Below, one piece after another: positions 25,106 to 39,400 of a stretch of DNA of 64,000 nucleotides. The notes beneath the pieces were generated by a model. The model saw nothing but the letters and a program-made list of their open reading frames with translations, was not told the DNA's origin and did no database searches. This stretch comes from Nemertoderma westbladi. Its lineage: Eukaryota; Animalia; Xenacoelomorpha. The position numbers were made by a program, and so were the translations under genes. Numbering within the stretch: the first letter of the stretch is position 1; each line of letters begins with the position of its first letter. The DNA is taken from the NCBI GenBank assembly GCA_032718475.1, contig JAUCBJ010009040.1:977-64976 (forward strand), given 5' to 3'.

Positions 25106-28100
25106 ATGTCTGACACAAAGCAAAACCTGTCAGACAGTCTAATCGATACAACCATTTGTGACCCAGATAGGAGTGTGGAACGTTTAAGACCGAAGTTCAG
25201 CTCACCTCCTACTGTAAGAAATGTCATCCCTCCAGTAGTAGTATCAGACCCTAGGCTAATCCAACACCTTAGGTCTATCATCGGCACTTGGGCCCAAGTC
25301 AAGCGGGATCAGGAAGCAGCTGTTAAACAGCAACAACATCCTAGCCAAGAACTTAGATCCCAGCGACCCGATAGCTCCAGTAGTTCAGATACTGTAGAGC
25401 TGACCCCCGAACGCGGAGTGAAGATGGCAGATACGGTTTATTCGGATCCCCTTCTCACTCTTCCTGCAGCAGTACTAACTACGGTATTGATTGCGGTGGA
25501 GGAACACCAAGTCGATTGGGCGAGAAGTAAGCGATCGACACAAGACAGTTATGCGGGATACGTAAGGGAAGAATTGATGTCTATTGTCGAGTCGCAATGG
25601 AACTTCTCTGGACCCGGACTCCCGTTAGACTTATCAGAAGCTACCTGGGAAGACATACACAGGATGGGAGTGACAAAAAACACAATGGATCCAGCTGTTT
25701 GGAAGAGGTCGGCAGCAGGATATGTACAGGGATTCTTCGGCTCCTTGGAGCGATTAGAGGAACAACTGTTTCGACAACCCCAAGGACCTCAAGAGCAGGA
25801 AGAGCTGCTTTATCAAGTACGCGAAAGAACTCTACGCATTAGACTAATCTTATCGGCCTTTGAGGAGGCTTCGAAAAGAAGACAGGACACGTCGTTGCAA
25901 GTTGCTGTCAAGACTTGGTTCCAGCGGGTAGGTCTCAAGGTTCAAGAAACGGCGCAGTGGAAATTTCAGCTGGCTGAGCGACCAACCTATGCAGAATCCA
26001 CCGACGCCACCTTTTCTCAAGTGGAAAGCGAAGTGACAGCAGAGAAACCGCAAACGAGAGACGCTATCAACATCTATCTGTCAGACTATCAGCGGTTCCT
26101 GGATGATAAAGAGTTGAGGAGACGTCTGTCTGGACTTCGCCCTGATAGTGAAGGAGCCAAGCTTGTGTTGGACTCAATCGATGCAGAAATGTTAGCCGCA
26201 AACCAAGCTAAATTTGATGAACGACTCCGCCTCGCTAGAGTCCAAGAAGAACAAGTAAAGAAAAAACGAATAGAAGACAGAAAGGCAACAGCAGTAGCAG
26301 CGGCAATTGCAACGGCCGAAGCGGAAAGAAAGGCGGCAGAAGCAGCGGCAATGGCAACGACCGAAGCGGAAAGAAAAGCGGCAGTAGCAGTGGCAGTGGC
26401 AGCGGCCAAAGCGGAAAGAAAAGCAGCGGAGGCAGTGGCAGAAGCAGAACGGAGAGCGTCTGAAGAGACCACCCAACTGGAGTTGGAAAATCTTCAAGAG
26501 ACGCAAGACTATATAAATAAACAGTTAACAGCTAGTCAAATGCAGATGATGAGTCGATCTACTCCCAAGCGACAGGGATTTACATCCTGTGATGAAGGCG
26601 ATACCACCGATCCTGAAGGCGGAGGACATAGATCTCGTCTAAGTAGGCGTAGAAGAACGTCTCACCGTCAGAAATTGCCTGATTTGCCTCCAGCTGTTAG
26701 AAGACAACTAGCTAGCACAGACTTAGGTAGTACAGAACCCACAGACCTAAATATTACTGTAAACAGACTCCCTACTATAGTAGATGAGCCTGAAATAATT
26801 AGGCCTGTTCTCGAAGCCACCCCTTTGGTGAGAGAGACCCCTGTACTCCCCGAACCTACCACCAAATTCCCTTTGCACAGTACTAACTGCCTGTACCCGG
26901 TGGTGCAGCCCAGGAGAATGTCCCGGTCCTGGACGCCGAGAGAGAAATCCAAGATTTGTCTCCCGTCATCCCGCGTCGGCCCGCTACTATGTTGGCGACT
27001 CCCGCTTCAGCGGTCGAGTGGGTAGATGAGGGACGGCGGGAGATGGGTCTCTTGCTTGGGCAGCTGAGGGAACACTGGGAATGTTCCTCCCGGCAGGTCC
27101 GAGATTTAGAAGGGACTGTCCACCAGCTCAAGGGAACAGTAAGGGAAAGTAGGTTAGAGTTGCAAGAAGTGCAGCAAAGTATCGCGCTAGAACGCGACAA
27201 ATTAGTAAATATACAAAAGGGTATACCAACACCCCCTGTAACCATGTGTCAACCCGTTAGGTCTGAAGTATTTCATGCGCAAAGTGTGGAGCCTACACGC
27301 GTCTATACTGCTAGTGAAGTAGAAACTCCTATAGTAAATCCTATTAAGGGTGATTATAAACCTGTTGATAATAATATTCCATATAGACCTGATAATAATC
27401 CGAGAAATTTATATACCGATAATTCGATATTAAATAACACGATGGTCCAAGAAAGCTTTACGCGTCAGATGGCTAGAACAGAAGCCTGTCAAGCGGTCAA
27501 AGTGGGAGAGATCGTCAAATTCAATGGAGATGAGATTAAATGGTTACCTTTTAATGAATATTATAAAGATAACAATATACAGAACTCTGTACTATCTAAC
27601 GGAGAGAAACTTAGATTCCTCATCGAGTGTTTAGAAGGACCTCCCAAGTTAATGGCATTAAAGTTTATTGGACATCCAGATGGATTAAGACAAGTTTGGG
27701 ATACATTAAACATCAGGTATGGTAATAGGAATAACATAGCTAAGTATTTGTATGCAAAATTAGTAGCCTGCCGAAAGTTCATTAGTAGCGGGATTATAGA
27801 GTTTTCCGATGATATTCAGGAGGTCTGTAGACAATTGGATTGGCTAGGTAAGTCTCATGAATATCAGAGTTCCATGGTTATTGGAGCCGTAGCCTCTACT
27901 TTACCAAAGGGTGGAGTAGGTACACGCTGGGATAAAAAAGTGTTGTATATGATGGAGCAACAACGACGAGACCCTACCATGGCTGATCTCATGTCATTCT
28001 TAGATGGAGAAGTAAAATTACAACTCATAAAGCAGTCCCGAGAGAAAACACTGGAAAATAAGGTAAGTGAGAAACCCGTTTCTAGGAGAAAAGTAACCCC

Positions 28101-31100
28101 AGTGTGTTATACTGACGATGGCGAAAGCCAAGCTTCTCAAGAAGATGACAGCGGGAAGGACACTGACTGATCTTACTATGTTCACAAAACGGCGAAAGAC
28201 GTAAGTAAATACAAGTCTCGAACCAATGATAGGAGAGAACAGGTAGCCAAGACTCCTCCTCAGTCTCTTAACAGAATTCACGGAAGAAAGCCCGAAGAAA
28301 GAACGAGAATGCATAACGTTATCCAAGGTAAAGTGAGTAACATCAAACCAAACTGTGCGCTGTGCGACGGGCCCCACCGTTTGAGTGCGTGTGCTGAATT
28401 CCTAAAGAAATCCCTGGTAGACAGACGTGAAGTCATGTGGGATAAGCGGTTATGCTATAATTGCCTCAGACAAGGACACCAACGGCGAACCTGTTACTCC
28501 GACGTAAGGTGTGCAAATTGCGGTGCGAAACATCACATCTTGTTACACAGTGAATTCGAACAAAACAGCCCGAGTCAGGTAAGTGAGCCCAAACTACATG
28601 TCCAATTCAGTGATGTAAATGACACTGATCAAGGATCTGAGATGGAAGGATTCTATACGGACGAATTCTCCGATGCCAACGAATCCTGTTACCTAATAAA
28701 TACCGCAGTGTATCGAGCACTTACGTATGAAAAGGACACCGATAATGAGTTCCCCCCAACTACCTTTGACAGACAACCATCTTGGAAGGCTCCAACTTCC
28801 AACGTAGGAATCCGAGAATTTCCTGTAGTGCAGGTAAGAGTTTACGGTCCTGACAAAAGTTACATAGTGAACGCCCTCCTTGACTCCGGCAGCACAAGAA
28901 CATTCATCGACCAATAACTAGCCGAAGACATCTTTGCTGGACAACCCAAATTCCAAACTAAGTTAAACATGTCAGGAATTATGCAGGTTTGGAAATCTAC
29001 CATAATTGCAGATTATTATGTAGGTGCGTTATCCACCCCCCAGGATAAATTAGGAGTACAAAGTATAAGGTCAGTAAAAATGGTGGCGATAAAGAACTTT
29101 GCTACTACCCAAGTAGAACCTTATAACTGGGACGAGGACGAGTGCATCCAGCAACTTAAGATACCTCGATTCCACACAGATTATCCTGGAGTGCAAATAC
29201 TCATCGGCCAAAACGCGCATGAGGCGCTCGAGACATTAGAGAAATGGCCTGCTCAACCGCAGCCACTACAAACCTATGCGGTAAGAACTAGAGTAGGTTG
29301 GTACTTTACTAGCCCTTCCCGTAGAACTCTCAAAGAGAGATTATCCCAAGAACAAGTATACCAAGTAAATGAATGGGAAGTGGAGAGCAGTGAGGTGGAC
29401 GAACCAACTGAGGGAACACCATACTCCTCAGATAATGACAACATCTTCCAACTCTTCGACGAAGAGAACACAATCGACCTTCTTACAGAAAACGAAACTT
29501 GGCAAAACCAGGTGAACCTATGTCAACTGAGTCGCCCATCGGGACCAATTAACTACAATGACGAACTCAATGACGAGATAGAGCGCTACAACGCTAGGAC
29601 TCGGGACGAGCTCGCCGTACGATTCTTTACTCAAGAGGTGGTAGAGCCCAATTCATACGATAAGGCCCTATCGGTAGAAGAAGAAAGAGCCAAGCAGATC
29701 CAGGAGACAACTACACGTTTTCTAAAAGATCAAGGTAGATATGAAATTGGCCTACCATTTCGAAAACGAGAACCTAGATTTATAAACAACCGACCCTTGG
29801 CGGAGAAAAGAATCGCTCAATTACATCGAAGCCTTACGGCAAATGCTTCAGCTAAAGAAATGTACCAAACGCAGTTGAAGAAATTTATTAACAAAGGATA
29901 TACGGAGCGAGTACCGGAAGAAACACCCATAACGGAGAGAACGTACTATCTAACACATCATTACGTTCCCAAACCCGGTAAACCCCATGAAGTACGGGTC
30001 GTATTTGATGGCTCCGCCCTATACATGGGCCAATCCCTCAATTCCGAGTTGTTACCAGGACCCAACTTACTCCAATCCTTGTTGGGAATACTTTTAAGAT
30101 TAAGACAATATTCCATCGCATTCGCCTCCGATATAGAAGGAATGTTCTTACAAGTCAAGGCGCTGAATAGGGATAGAGACAGCCTAAGATTTCTGTGGTG
30201 GCCTGAAGGAGATCTCAACCAGAAACCGGTGGAGTACTGGATGACCATCCAGGCTTTTGTGATCATATCAAGCCCTTCAAACGCCTGCTCAGTGGTGCGG
30301 ACCACTGCGGATGACAACTGGGACGCCTTCTCTAAAGAGGTGATTGACAACATCAAACGGGATATATACATGGACGACAATCTAAAGTCCCTTCCATCCG
30401 TAGCAGAAGCCATTGATGTCGCGAAAGGAACGGTTGAGTGCTTGAAAAGAGGTGGATTTCGACTGACTAAATTCACCAGCAACTCCCGTGAGTTTCTGGA
30501 ATTGATACCGGTAGAAGACTGAGGAGCAAAAGGCCTAGACTTAATAAAAGACGATCTTCCAGAAACCAAGACGCTTGGCTTGAAATGGAACACTGAGAGA
30601 GATATCTTGTTTTTTCAGCTAAAACAGCGAGATAATCCAGTTTGGACCAAACGGATTTGTTTAAGTATCCTGAGCACTTATTTCGATCCATTGGGATTTA
30701 TTAGCCCAGTTATCTTGATTGCTCGGAGTTTAGTACAACAAATGTGGCTCGAAAACCATTCATGGGACGATCCACTTAAGGGAGAACTATTAAAGAAGTG
30801 GATGAAATGGGAAGATTCTCTACCAGCCATCGAGAACTTTATAATTTCCTGTTCATATTTTGGTCATGTTCTCCCTACGTATTCCTATCAACTCCATGTG
30901 TTTGGAGACGCTAGCGATATGGGAATAGGAATAGTAGCATACCTGCGAGTCGAAACTCCGGATGGAATCAAAGTCGCCTTGGTTACCTCTAAGGCATTGA
31001 TTAACATCAAGTTGAAGGTTCCTCGAGCGGAGTTAAAGGCGGCTCTATACACTACAGCCATCGGCCAGAATGTAACTGAACAGATCGATTACCCACTGGA

Positions 31101-33252
31101 GAAAACTGTTTACTGGACCGATGCTTTACTCGTGTTGAGTATATAACCAATGAAGTCTGTCAGTTCAGCGTCTTTGTTACCAACAGAGTAGCCATTATTC
31201 TTAGTCGCACGAAGATAGATCAATGGAGACATTGCCCTGGTACGATTAATCCAGCCGACATCGCCTCCAGGGGAGCAACTCCACAGGAACTGATAGATAC
31301 TCCAGATTGGTTGGGTGGACCCGACTTCCTGAGCAAGGAAGAGGATGAATGGCCTCCTTACCTTACTACGGCTGAGATCAGACAAGCCAAGGGAGCGGAG
31401 AAAGTTAAACCTAAAACCCGGGCGAGTAAATCGAAGTTATTTAAACCGGTGATAGATCTATCTGTATTACATACTTCTGGAAACAATGCTTCGGATCCAC
31501 AATCCCTCACCACAAATAAGTCTGTTGTGGAAATTAGAGATAGAGATTGGAAATCTAGAATACCAGACGTCTCGCAAGGAATCTCACCCTTGCTGCAGAG
31601 AGCGATACATCAATATAGTTCCTGGAATCGGCTCTGTAAGGCCGTCACATATTTAAAGCGATGTTTTTATCATCATTACTCCAGGACGAAGACCACTAGT
31701 GATACCGCTCCATTGACATCTGCGCAAGTTCATGTTGTTAAAGATCTTCCCAAATATAAGATATCCGACCGGTTTCTAAAAGAGAAGATCAGTTACCCGG
31801 AGCATGAAGAAACCAATAAGCAGATACTGAGACTCCTGCAATGCTATGAGGATTCCGATAAGTATTTCCTGTTGTTGAGAAATCCACAGATGCGCTTAAG
31901 GGATCGCTTCTCTAGCACAATTATAGATGGGTTAATACGTGTTGGAGGAAGACTCACTAATGCTCCATCATCCTTTGACACTAAATTCCCCATACTCATT
32001 AGAAATCTTGAAGTACAAATCAAGATGATTGTAGATGTTCACAGTAAACTTTATCATGCTGGTAGAGAACAACTTCTTAGCAAAATTCGAACTCGCTATT
32101 ATTTTTATAAACCCCGTAGAGCTCTGAACCAAGTTCTTAGGAACTGCATACCCTGTAGGAAAGCATTCAGTAGGCCTTTAACACAGCGAGAGGCAGAATT
32201 ACCTAGGGAACGAGTAAGCTTCTATGAACCACCCTTTACTAATACCGGTGTGGATTTATTTGGCCCTATTGAAGTATATCGTGCTAGGACTATAGTCAAG
32301 AGATGGTGTGTCATCTTTGTCTGCATGACTTGTAGAGCTATCCATCTCGATATGGTGAACGATCTATCTACCAACAGCTTCGTCTTAAGTTTACGCCGAC
32401 AGATCGCTCGCTTCGGAACTAGTAACACGATGAGATCTGATAAGGGAACGAACTTCATTGGTGCCAACAACGAAATCCAGGCTTACGTAAAGGACTGGAA
32501 CCAAAGACAGGTGGATGATCAGCTAAGGATAACAGCGTCTAGCTGGACCTTCAATGCCGCCGACGCCCCTTGGTGGGGAGGAAGTTGGGAGAGATTAATT
32601 AGAAGTGTCAAGACCGCATTTCACTTTATAGTGCCGTGCTGCGCGTATCTCACCGACGAACTTTTGCGGACGTTAATGGAGGAAATCGCTGCCTATCTCA
32701 ACGAGAGACCGCTTATGCCAGTCTTATCGAGTCCCGATTCCCTGGAAGCGCTAACACCCGCGCACTTCCTACTTAAGAAACCTGTAGCCATGCTCCCACG
32801 ATCGGAGATCGCTGACGGAGACGAATACTGCCGTCAAACTTGGCAACTTATGCAGTTGCTATCCCGTCGTTTCGCTGACCATTTCGAGAAACATTATCTG
32901 CCCACGCTACAACTTCGAACTAAGTGGTTTGCGCAGCAAGAAAACGTCAGCGCCGGAGACATGGTGCTTATTGTAGATTCAGACCTTCCACGTAAAACGG
33001 TGTCAGACAGGTCGTATCATCGAGACTCACATCTCGGATGATGGTTTAGTGCGCTCGGTAGAACTCGTCATCATGCGGCGTAACTTCAAGAAACCAGGCA
33101 TAATCTTCGAGACGCAACAGCTCAACCGCCCAGTTGGTCGTTTATGTTTACTGGAAAGAGACCGAGAACTCTCCGGAAACTATGGAAGGCAAGACACTCT
33201 TCCCACGACCACCTCCCTAATTCCTCAAACATCTAGGGGCTCCCCAACGTAA
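25106..33252 (+). pseudogene. BEL/Pao gag-pol polyprotein, disrupted
   Basis: Three Zn knuckles (CALCDGPHRLSAC, CYNCLRQGHQRRTC, CANCGAKHHILLH), protease LLDSGS, RT (VRVVFDGSA, SDIEGMFLQ, YMDD), RNase H (FGDAS, PRAEL, WTDA) and integrase (H-H-CxxC, GVDLFGP, SDKGTNF, WERLI). Stops at 28168, 28915 and 30520; frameshifts at ~26886, ~31140 and ~32995. Confidence 0.95.
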
Positions 33253-34719
33253 TACGTCTGGAGTGGGTGCATGACTATATTATTTTATCTATTTTATTAT
33301 ATTTTTATATCCCTCTATGTATGGATTATTATGTACTTTATTATAATCGTTTTATTTAATTTTATTTAGTAGAATGCTATTTTAACGATTATTTAGTAGA
33401 TTAGTGCAATATATATTAGTGTTTATTAATTAATTACATATATTATATATTTAGTGTGACGGCGAGAAATAATTCTTTTCTCTTTCCTTACTGTCCGTAT
33501 TATATTATAAATGCGAGACTACAGTAAGATGACATGTCCGTACTTATTAAAGTACAATAAAGCTCCTACTATTTTTAAGTATTATTGGTAGGCAGAGTAT
33601 TAGGAGTGCAAAGTTCAGATCCTCGGGTCTCGGCTAAACCAAGCTCTGGGTAGACCTTGGAAACAACTTGCCTCTTCACACTGACATTGCTTCGTGCGAT
33701 ATTGCTCTTCTACCTTATATTAAATAATACATATAGTAGCGTGATGTCCCTTTAACAGTAGCGTAAAACGCAAAATAAACCTGTTAAACCTTTTGACCAC
33801 CTATAATTCTAGTCGATTAAGATATCGTGGCACCCACCGATATACTTAAAAGACAAATTCTAGAATCAGTGGTTAACGTCCCCAGACAAGCTCTGGAATA
33901 AAATTGTGTCAATTTTACCATCAAATAATAAAATTCACGGGAATAAATCTAAATTCATATCTTTAATGAATTCAATAAATTGTCATTTTATGCAATTTAT
34001 AACATTCCCAAAATTCCATTAATTAATAGATCACAGGAGTGGAGATTCACCCTATTGAGTGTATTAGAGTGCGAGAATCTCCAATATATAGTCAATAGCC
34101 GATAAAATTCATGAAATCATGCATAAAGAGGATATTGACAATTAAAGAATTACTATTAAATAGCATCCCAGATCTGTATGCATGAGAATTACCCTAATTC
34201 TACCGCTAGCTTACCATAATGTCACCATAGCAACACCCACGCTAGAATTAGAAGCAAGTTAAAAAGAACAATAGAAGGCTTGTCCCATTGCATAGTATAG
34301 GTAAGAAATAGCACACCGCTAGTATCCAAGGATACATAATAATAACGTGGCATTCTGGAAGGCACTGACTAATGGACAAATGGCCTGTATGTGTACAATT
34401 GGTAACAGTTGTGTGGAATTTGTGCGTTTATAGGTGAATGTTACTACTAAAGTGTGTTTACAGTAGCGAGTTGCAATTGTGAAAGTAGCCCTAACTCTAC
34501 CGAAAGAACCTGAAGTTAATCCAAGCCTTTGGGACGGACAGTGGAGGGAATTGTGCCGGTTATCGTTGTCGTGCTGTAGCTACACATTGGCGAAAACACC
34601 GAGACGACGGTACATCGGCGCTGAGAATCCCACTGTCCGGGGGCAGAGAGGGGTAGGCAGCGACGCCCACTCGCCTAAATACAAACTTATTATAATATTA
34701 ACAAACTCAGGTAGCAGAT

Positions 34720-36123
34720 ATGATGGAGTTGATAGAAGATGATCTTGGTATCAGGGAGCGACATACTCTACCTTTACAAGCATTTGTAGATAGCTTGATA
34801 CGTGGTGAAGCCGATCCAACTACTACGGAGGACGATGGTCGCTATATCGAACCGCCGATGTCCCAGGAGCAACTTACGCATGAATTGGACTATAGAAAAT
34901 TCACCGCTCGCTATACGCATCCTAATGGTACGTATATGGACTTCTTAACTACTGGCCATTCTATCGATTTACACGATACGGACTATGTCAACACCGAAAG
35001 GGAAATGGTACTATTTAAATATCCTACCCAGCGGAGTCGGAACGATAAACTGAAATTCGAATGCGAAAATTCTATATGAAATCGACTTGAAAGAAAAGAT
35101 GTTAAAGAAGCGGATAAACGCGGTAACTCCGTATTTGGAATTCTTGAGAGAAGCATTGTAACACCAAATAAATATCCCCGCGTTTCCCCTACAAGACGTG
35201 CGTCTTTGGTATTAATACGATGAATGCCCAAGACACAACCAACAAACGGAAAGACATAAATACCAGCGGAGACGTTGCTTTAAACACCGTTTACTCGCTA
35301 TATTTACGGGAATTTCGAACGAAACTTATTCGATGTATCACCTACGCTCTCTCGACTCAAACGATCCTTAAGTAAACCTATGATCAGAGTTCCGGAATAC
35401 TCGGTCAGACCTCCTCATTCCTTAGTTAGACCTCAGACTCTTGATCCTAATAGTATCACGGATCCTCACGAACTGTACTCACCGTTCAGAGATCTAGTGT
35501 TACCCAAACCGTTCGTAGGTGGCACTCCGGTTGTGGGCTCCCTAAATATCCGCCCATCTTACCTGGCCGGATTGGGGCGTGGACACCTAATATCGCCATT
35601 CAACCGTATAATCGTCCCCGTTTAACACGATACAACCCGTCATCAAGGTGGAGGAGAGCGTTGTACGAAACGAGTTAGACGCTATTCTACAAAGATCAGA
35701 AAAGAAACCTACGTTTTTTCAGATAAACTTAAATTGTAACAGCAAGTCCAAGCGGTAAATGGATTGGCTTTATCTCAGTTCGATTGGGAAATCCAGAATC
35801 TCTAATACAATATCAAACTTGGACAACCCTATTCTCTGCGAGAGTTTTTGGACGAACGTATCCAACGACGAGCGGAGGAAAATCAGCTCGAGGAGAAGCA
35901 TATCGAAACGGCGGATACCCCGACCATAATCCTACACCTTCTGATGCAATCATATTGCACCCTTCACCCAGGAGTTATAGCCCTCCTAGTAAAGTGGCTC
36001 GCCCCAAAGAGAAAAGGACTCTTGTTAGCTTTAAAAAACTGCGTAAACGCCGTCCACGCAAGAAAGACTAACTGTTTAGAGTATTTCTGTATATTAGAAA
36101 CTGTGATTTTGTATATTTTGTAG
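34720..36123 (+). pseudogene. Extra 3' coding region of element 1, unknown protein(s)
   Basis: ORF pieces 34720-35079, 35380-35625 and 35848-36123 are conserved with element 2, with many synonymous changes. Confidence 0.65.
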
Positions 36124-36149
36124 ACTTGAATCCCATTTTCTGGGAGCGG

Positions 36150-37308
36150 TGTAAAAGCTTTTGTGGATATAATCAGTCCCCTTGCCCGCAAAGTACCGTG
36201 TAGGTGTTTTAACGGACATAAAAGTCATTCTTCTGTATGTGTACTTTGGCGGACATAACAAGACACTAATGCCGCAATGCGTCAAATCCTCTAGCACAGT
36301 GTAGCTTTGATGATTCGGATTACGACATCTACCAGCTGGTTAGCTGGCATGGAAATGGCCGTTGGATCTATGGTTCTTTGTTCAGCTTAACAGCCAATTA
36401 GGGCGATTTTCACTTTATGCATGGAGATACTCTGCAGATCGTACTGGGCGAGTTCAGTATTGGTTTTTCCTATGCCAAGAACACCGGCTTTAGAATCATT
36501 CTGTTTTCAGACTTTAGCAAAACATTAGTAGGCTTAGATTATAGAAACGTATAACTGTTATCAAGTCAAGTCACACCACGGCACATATCTTAACATACCT
36601 CACTCATATTGTCAAACTTTTTACCGCATTATTTTACTGCTATTTACTGTTGGTTATTAATTGTATCAGTTGATTGAATATTGTTATACTTGGAGAATAT
36701 CGATAAATAACCCAAAAATCCCAATCTTCTTGATACACTAAAGGTTAGAGAGACCGGTCACATATAGCAATTGCGACTTATATTATCGTGGTTTTGGAGT
36801 GAATCTAATGCTATTTCATAGATACTACATGAGTCCATTGCTGTTCTCTTTATGTATGGTCAAATTCAGTGACTGTCAGCAAATCAGTGTGCAGTAGTGC
36901 GGTAGCGGTAGTGTGCAAGAGTGATTGATAACTAAGCATCTCCTAAAGAATTAGCCTTATACGTGAATCATAAGCAGTACCGTTGTGTTTAGTATAAGTC
37001 ATAGCTCTTTTTACATAGTTAGAACGCCACGTCCTAAAGGAACTGTCAATATTTCCCGAAAGTGAATAATATTTGTCAGAGATTATATATCAACGATCAA
37101 TCGAATAATACAGTAGGCTTACACCGCAATAAGGTCTAAGCATCCGAATCCAGTCTCCCGGGTATATCCAGCGGGTGAATGATCGCGCATTGGCTGGCTT
37201 TGGCTAATGTAGTGCATCAAATATTGTCATAGGCTAAAGTCGATTTATAAACTAAAAGACATATAAATTTGGCAGGTTAAACTGCTGAAGGTCTTAAAAG
37301 CGCGAACA
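36150..37308 (+). repeat. 3' LTR of element 1
   Basis: Matches the 5' LTR; followed by TSD gtttc. Confidence 0.97.
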
Positions 37309-37632
37309 GTTTCTTTGATTTATGAATAATGCGAATATCATAGAGTTAACTTAATCAAATGTGGTTTGAAACTGATTGGTTGCAGGTACAGCTTGTTTTT
37401 CTTAAGTTTTCTGACACCACCTCCCTTGTGAAATTGTTTAAATATTTGAACAACAACATTAAAATTATATAGATAGTTTGTTGAATTTGTGTAAAATAGT
37501 CGGTTTAAATACTTATAATTCTACAACTATTTTATTCACAACATACTATTTATAAAATAATTCAAGAATTGCTCTTTGCTTTTATAACAGTATCTAGTAG
37601 TTTTCATTTATAATTTTTAGTATGTTATATTT

Positions 37633-38250
37633 CGATGGTGTTTTATCATAACCACTCAACAATCAAAAACCTAATTGTTCAGGGGAGCATTTTTCTACAT
37701 TCTAATTCCCCTACGGTACCTAAGAGATAATTTTTGGTTTCATAAGGTAGATAATAAATCTTTCATGCGGTAAAACACCACAATTAGGATTTTTAGTGAC
37801 ATTTAACCAATTTAACCAATTTATCAATGTTTTTTTAGGATTTGAGTGGTTATGCAAAAAATTTTCACTTAAATCAAGATTTTTCATAACGGCATATCTA
37901 TTAATATGTTAGGCATACGAACAAAACAATCAGTGAAATCTGTCCGAGACAGTATTTTCATGAACTGCTAACTATCTGTCCTCCTATCCATCACCTTCGG
38001 CTCCATAAAACCTGGACTTCATGACCAATACAATGCATTGTTTGAACAAACACAATTACCGGTATTCAATTAAATGGCAATTAAAAATGTAAAATATTTA
38101 ATTATTCTGAAATCTGAAAAATCAGTCATGTAAAGAAGTACTTGTAGTAGTTACAATTCGAATTTGCCGCCCATTGATAGTATATTGAGTCTGTAAGGGA
38201 CGAGTTTCAATCACCATCTCTTTATCTGTAATGATGGGCTATGGGTTTAA
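37633..38250. mobile_element. Truncated copy of the Sola1-like MITE at 59441-60268
   Basis: Starts with TIR cgatggtgttttatcataaccactcaa; homology ends at TTAA 38247-38250. Confidence 0.7.
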
Positions 38251-39400
38251 CCCTATTAAACCCGGGGGGGGGGGTCAATATGACCCCCCCCGTGGTTTTT
38301 TTATTATAATTCTAAAACAAACGCAGTTTGGAATCTGAAATTTTATGACTTTTCCTAAAAATCTATTGTCTTCCTAGTTTTCAAAAATATTGGGTAGTTT
38401 TCGAGTTATAGCACCATTTTTTAACCCTACTTTTGGCACTATTTTTGAGACGTTTTTTGAAAATTACATTTCATTAAATATTAATTGTAACATCTCTATT
38501 TTTGATTTACACCGGTTTTTTGGTGTTAGCAATTCGATGGAATTCATATAAATTGTTTTAGAAATTTCAAACTTGTTCTTTTCGCGGGTGCCAAATTTTG
38601 GTGCCAGCACCAAATTTTGAAATATGTCAATTTTATAAATTGATTGTTTGAAACTTGTTTTTTACGCAATTGGGTTTTTTGGGGTTCTGGTTTCGATGAA
38701 ATATATACGAGTTGCACCAAGCGTATCAAACTTGTATTTTTCGGTGCTGTGTGCAAATTTTGGTGCTAGCACGAAATTTTAAAAATCCATTCAATATATA
38801 AATTGCTTGTGACAATTTATTTAATGAATTTTAGAGGTTTATGGCTGTTCTGAATTCAATGGAATATATAATTATCAAACTAGACATCTCAAACTTGTAT
38901 TTTTCGGAAGTGGGTGCAAAATGTGGTGCTAGCACCAAATTTTGAAAACCATCATATATATCAATTAATTGTGTCATCTTGTTTCTTGCGTTATACGGGT
39001 TTGTTAGGGTTCTGAATTCAATGGAATTAGTAAAAATTTCATAAGAGTTTTCAAACTTGTATTTTTCGCCGGTGGGTAAAAATTGTTGTGCCAGCACCAA
39101 ATTTTGGAAAATGAGTAAATTGATCAGTAGATAGTATCATCTTGATTCTTGCGTTATACGGGTTTTTGAGGGTCCTGAATCCGATGGAATCAATGAAAAC
39201 AGCACTGGACATCGCAAACTTGTATTTTTTGGTTATGGGTACGAAATTTAGTGCTAGCACCAAAATTTGCCAAATTACGCCGAAAAATACAAGTAGCAAT
39301 GATCTGGCATATTTGAAATGTATTCCATTAGAATCAGCGCCCAAGAAAACCTAAAACTGTGCATTTATAGCATCGTATAAGTGAATTGAAAATTTTGTGT
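38251..39400. mobile_element. piggyBac-like non-autonomous element, left end only, with ~160-bp internal tandem repeats
   Basis: TTAA|CCCTATT start exactly where paralog homology stops; 5 copies of caaacttgtattttt...gtgctagcaccaaattt (38569-39270). No right TIR found, so the end coordinate is approximate. Confidence 0.55.

Larger units (their letters stand above)
21874..37308 (+). mobile_element. Full-length BEL/Pao LTR retrotransposon (element 1)
   Basis: TG...CA LTRs of 1159 bp (~2% diverged by eye); 5-bp TSD GTTTC; PPT-like gggagcgg before the 3' LTR; gag-PR-RT-RH-IN order. The empty site is present at ~60590. Confidence 0.97.
16421..38250. repeat. Left arm of an inverted segmental duplication (partner 59660-64000)
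   Basis: Reverse-complement matches: 16421-16820~63600-64000; 17040-17930~61850-62740; 20650-21873~60590-61825; 37309-38250~59660-60594. Confidence 0.9.

Noticed and set aside
26880-27025. Programmed ribosomal frameshift in gag
   Set aside because: Element 2 is open across this point; element 1 has a 1-nt deletion at ~26886.
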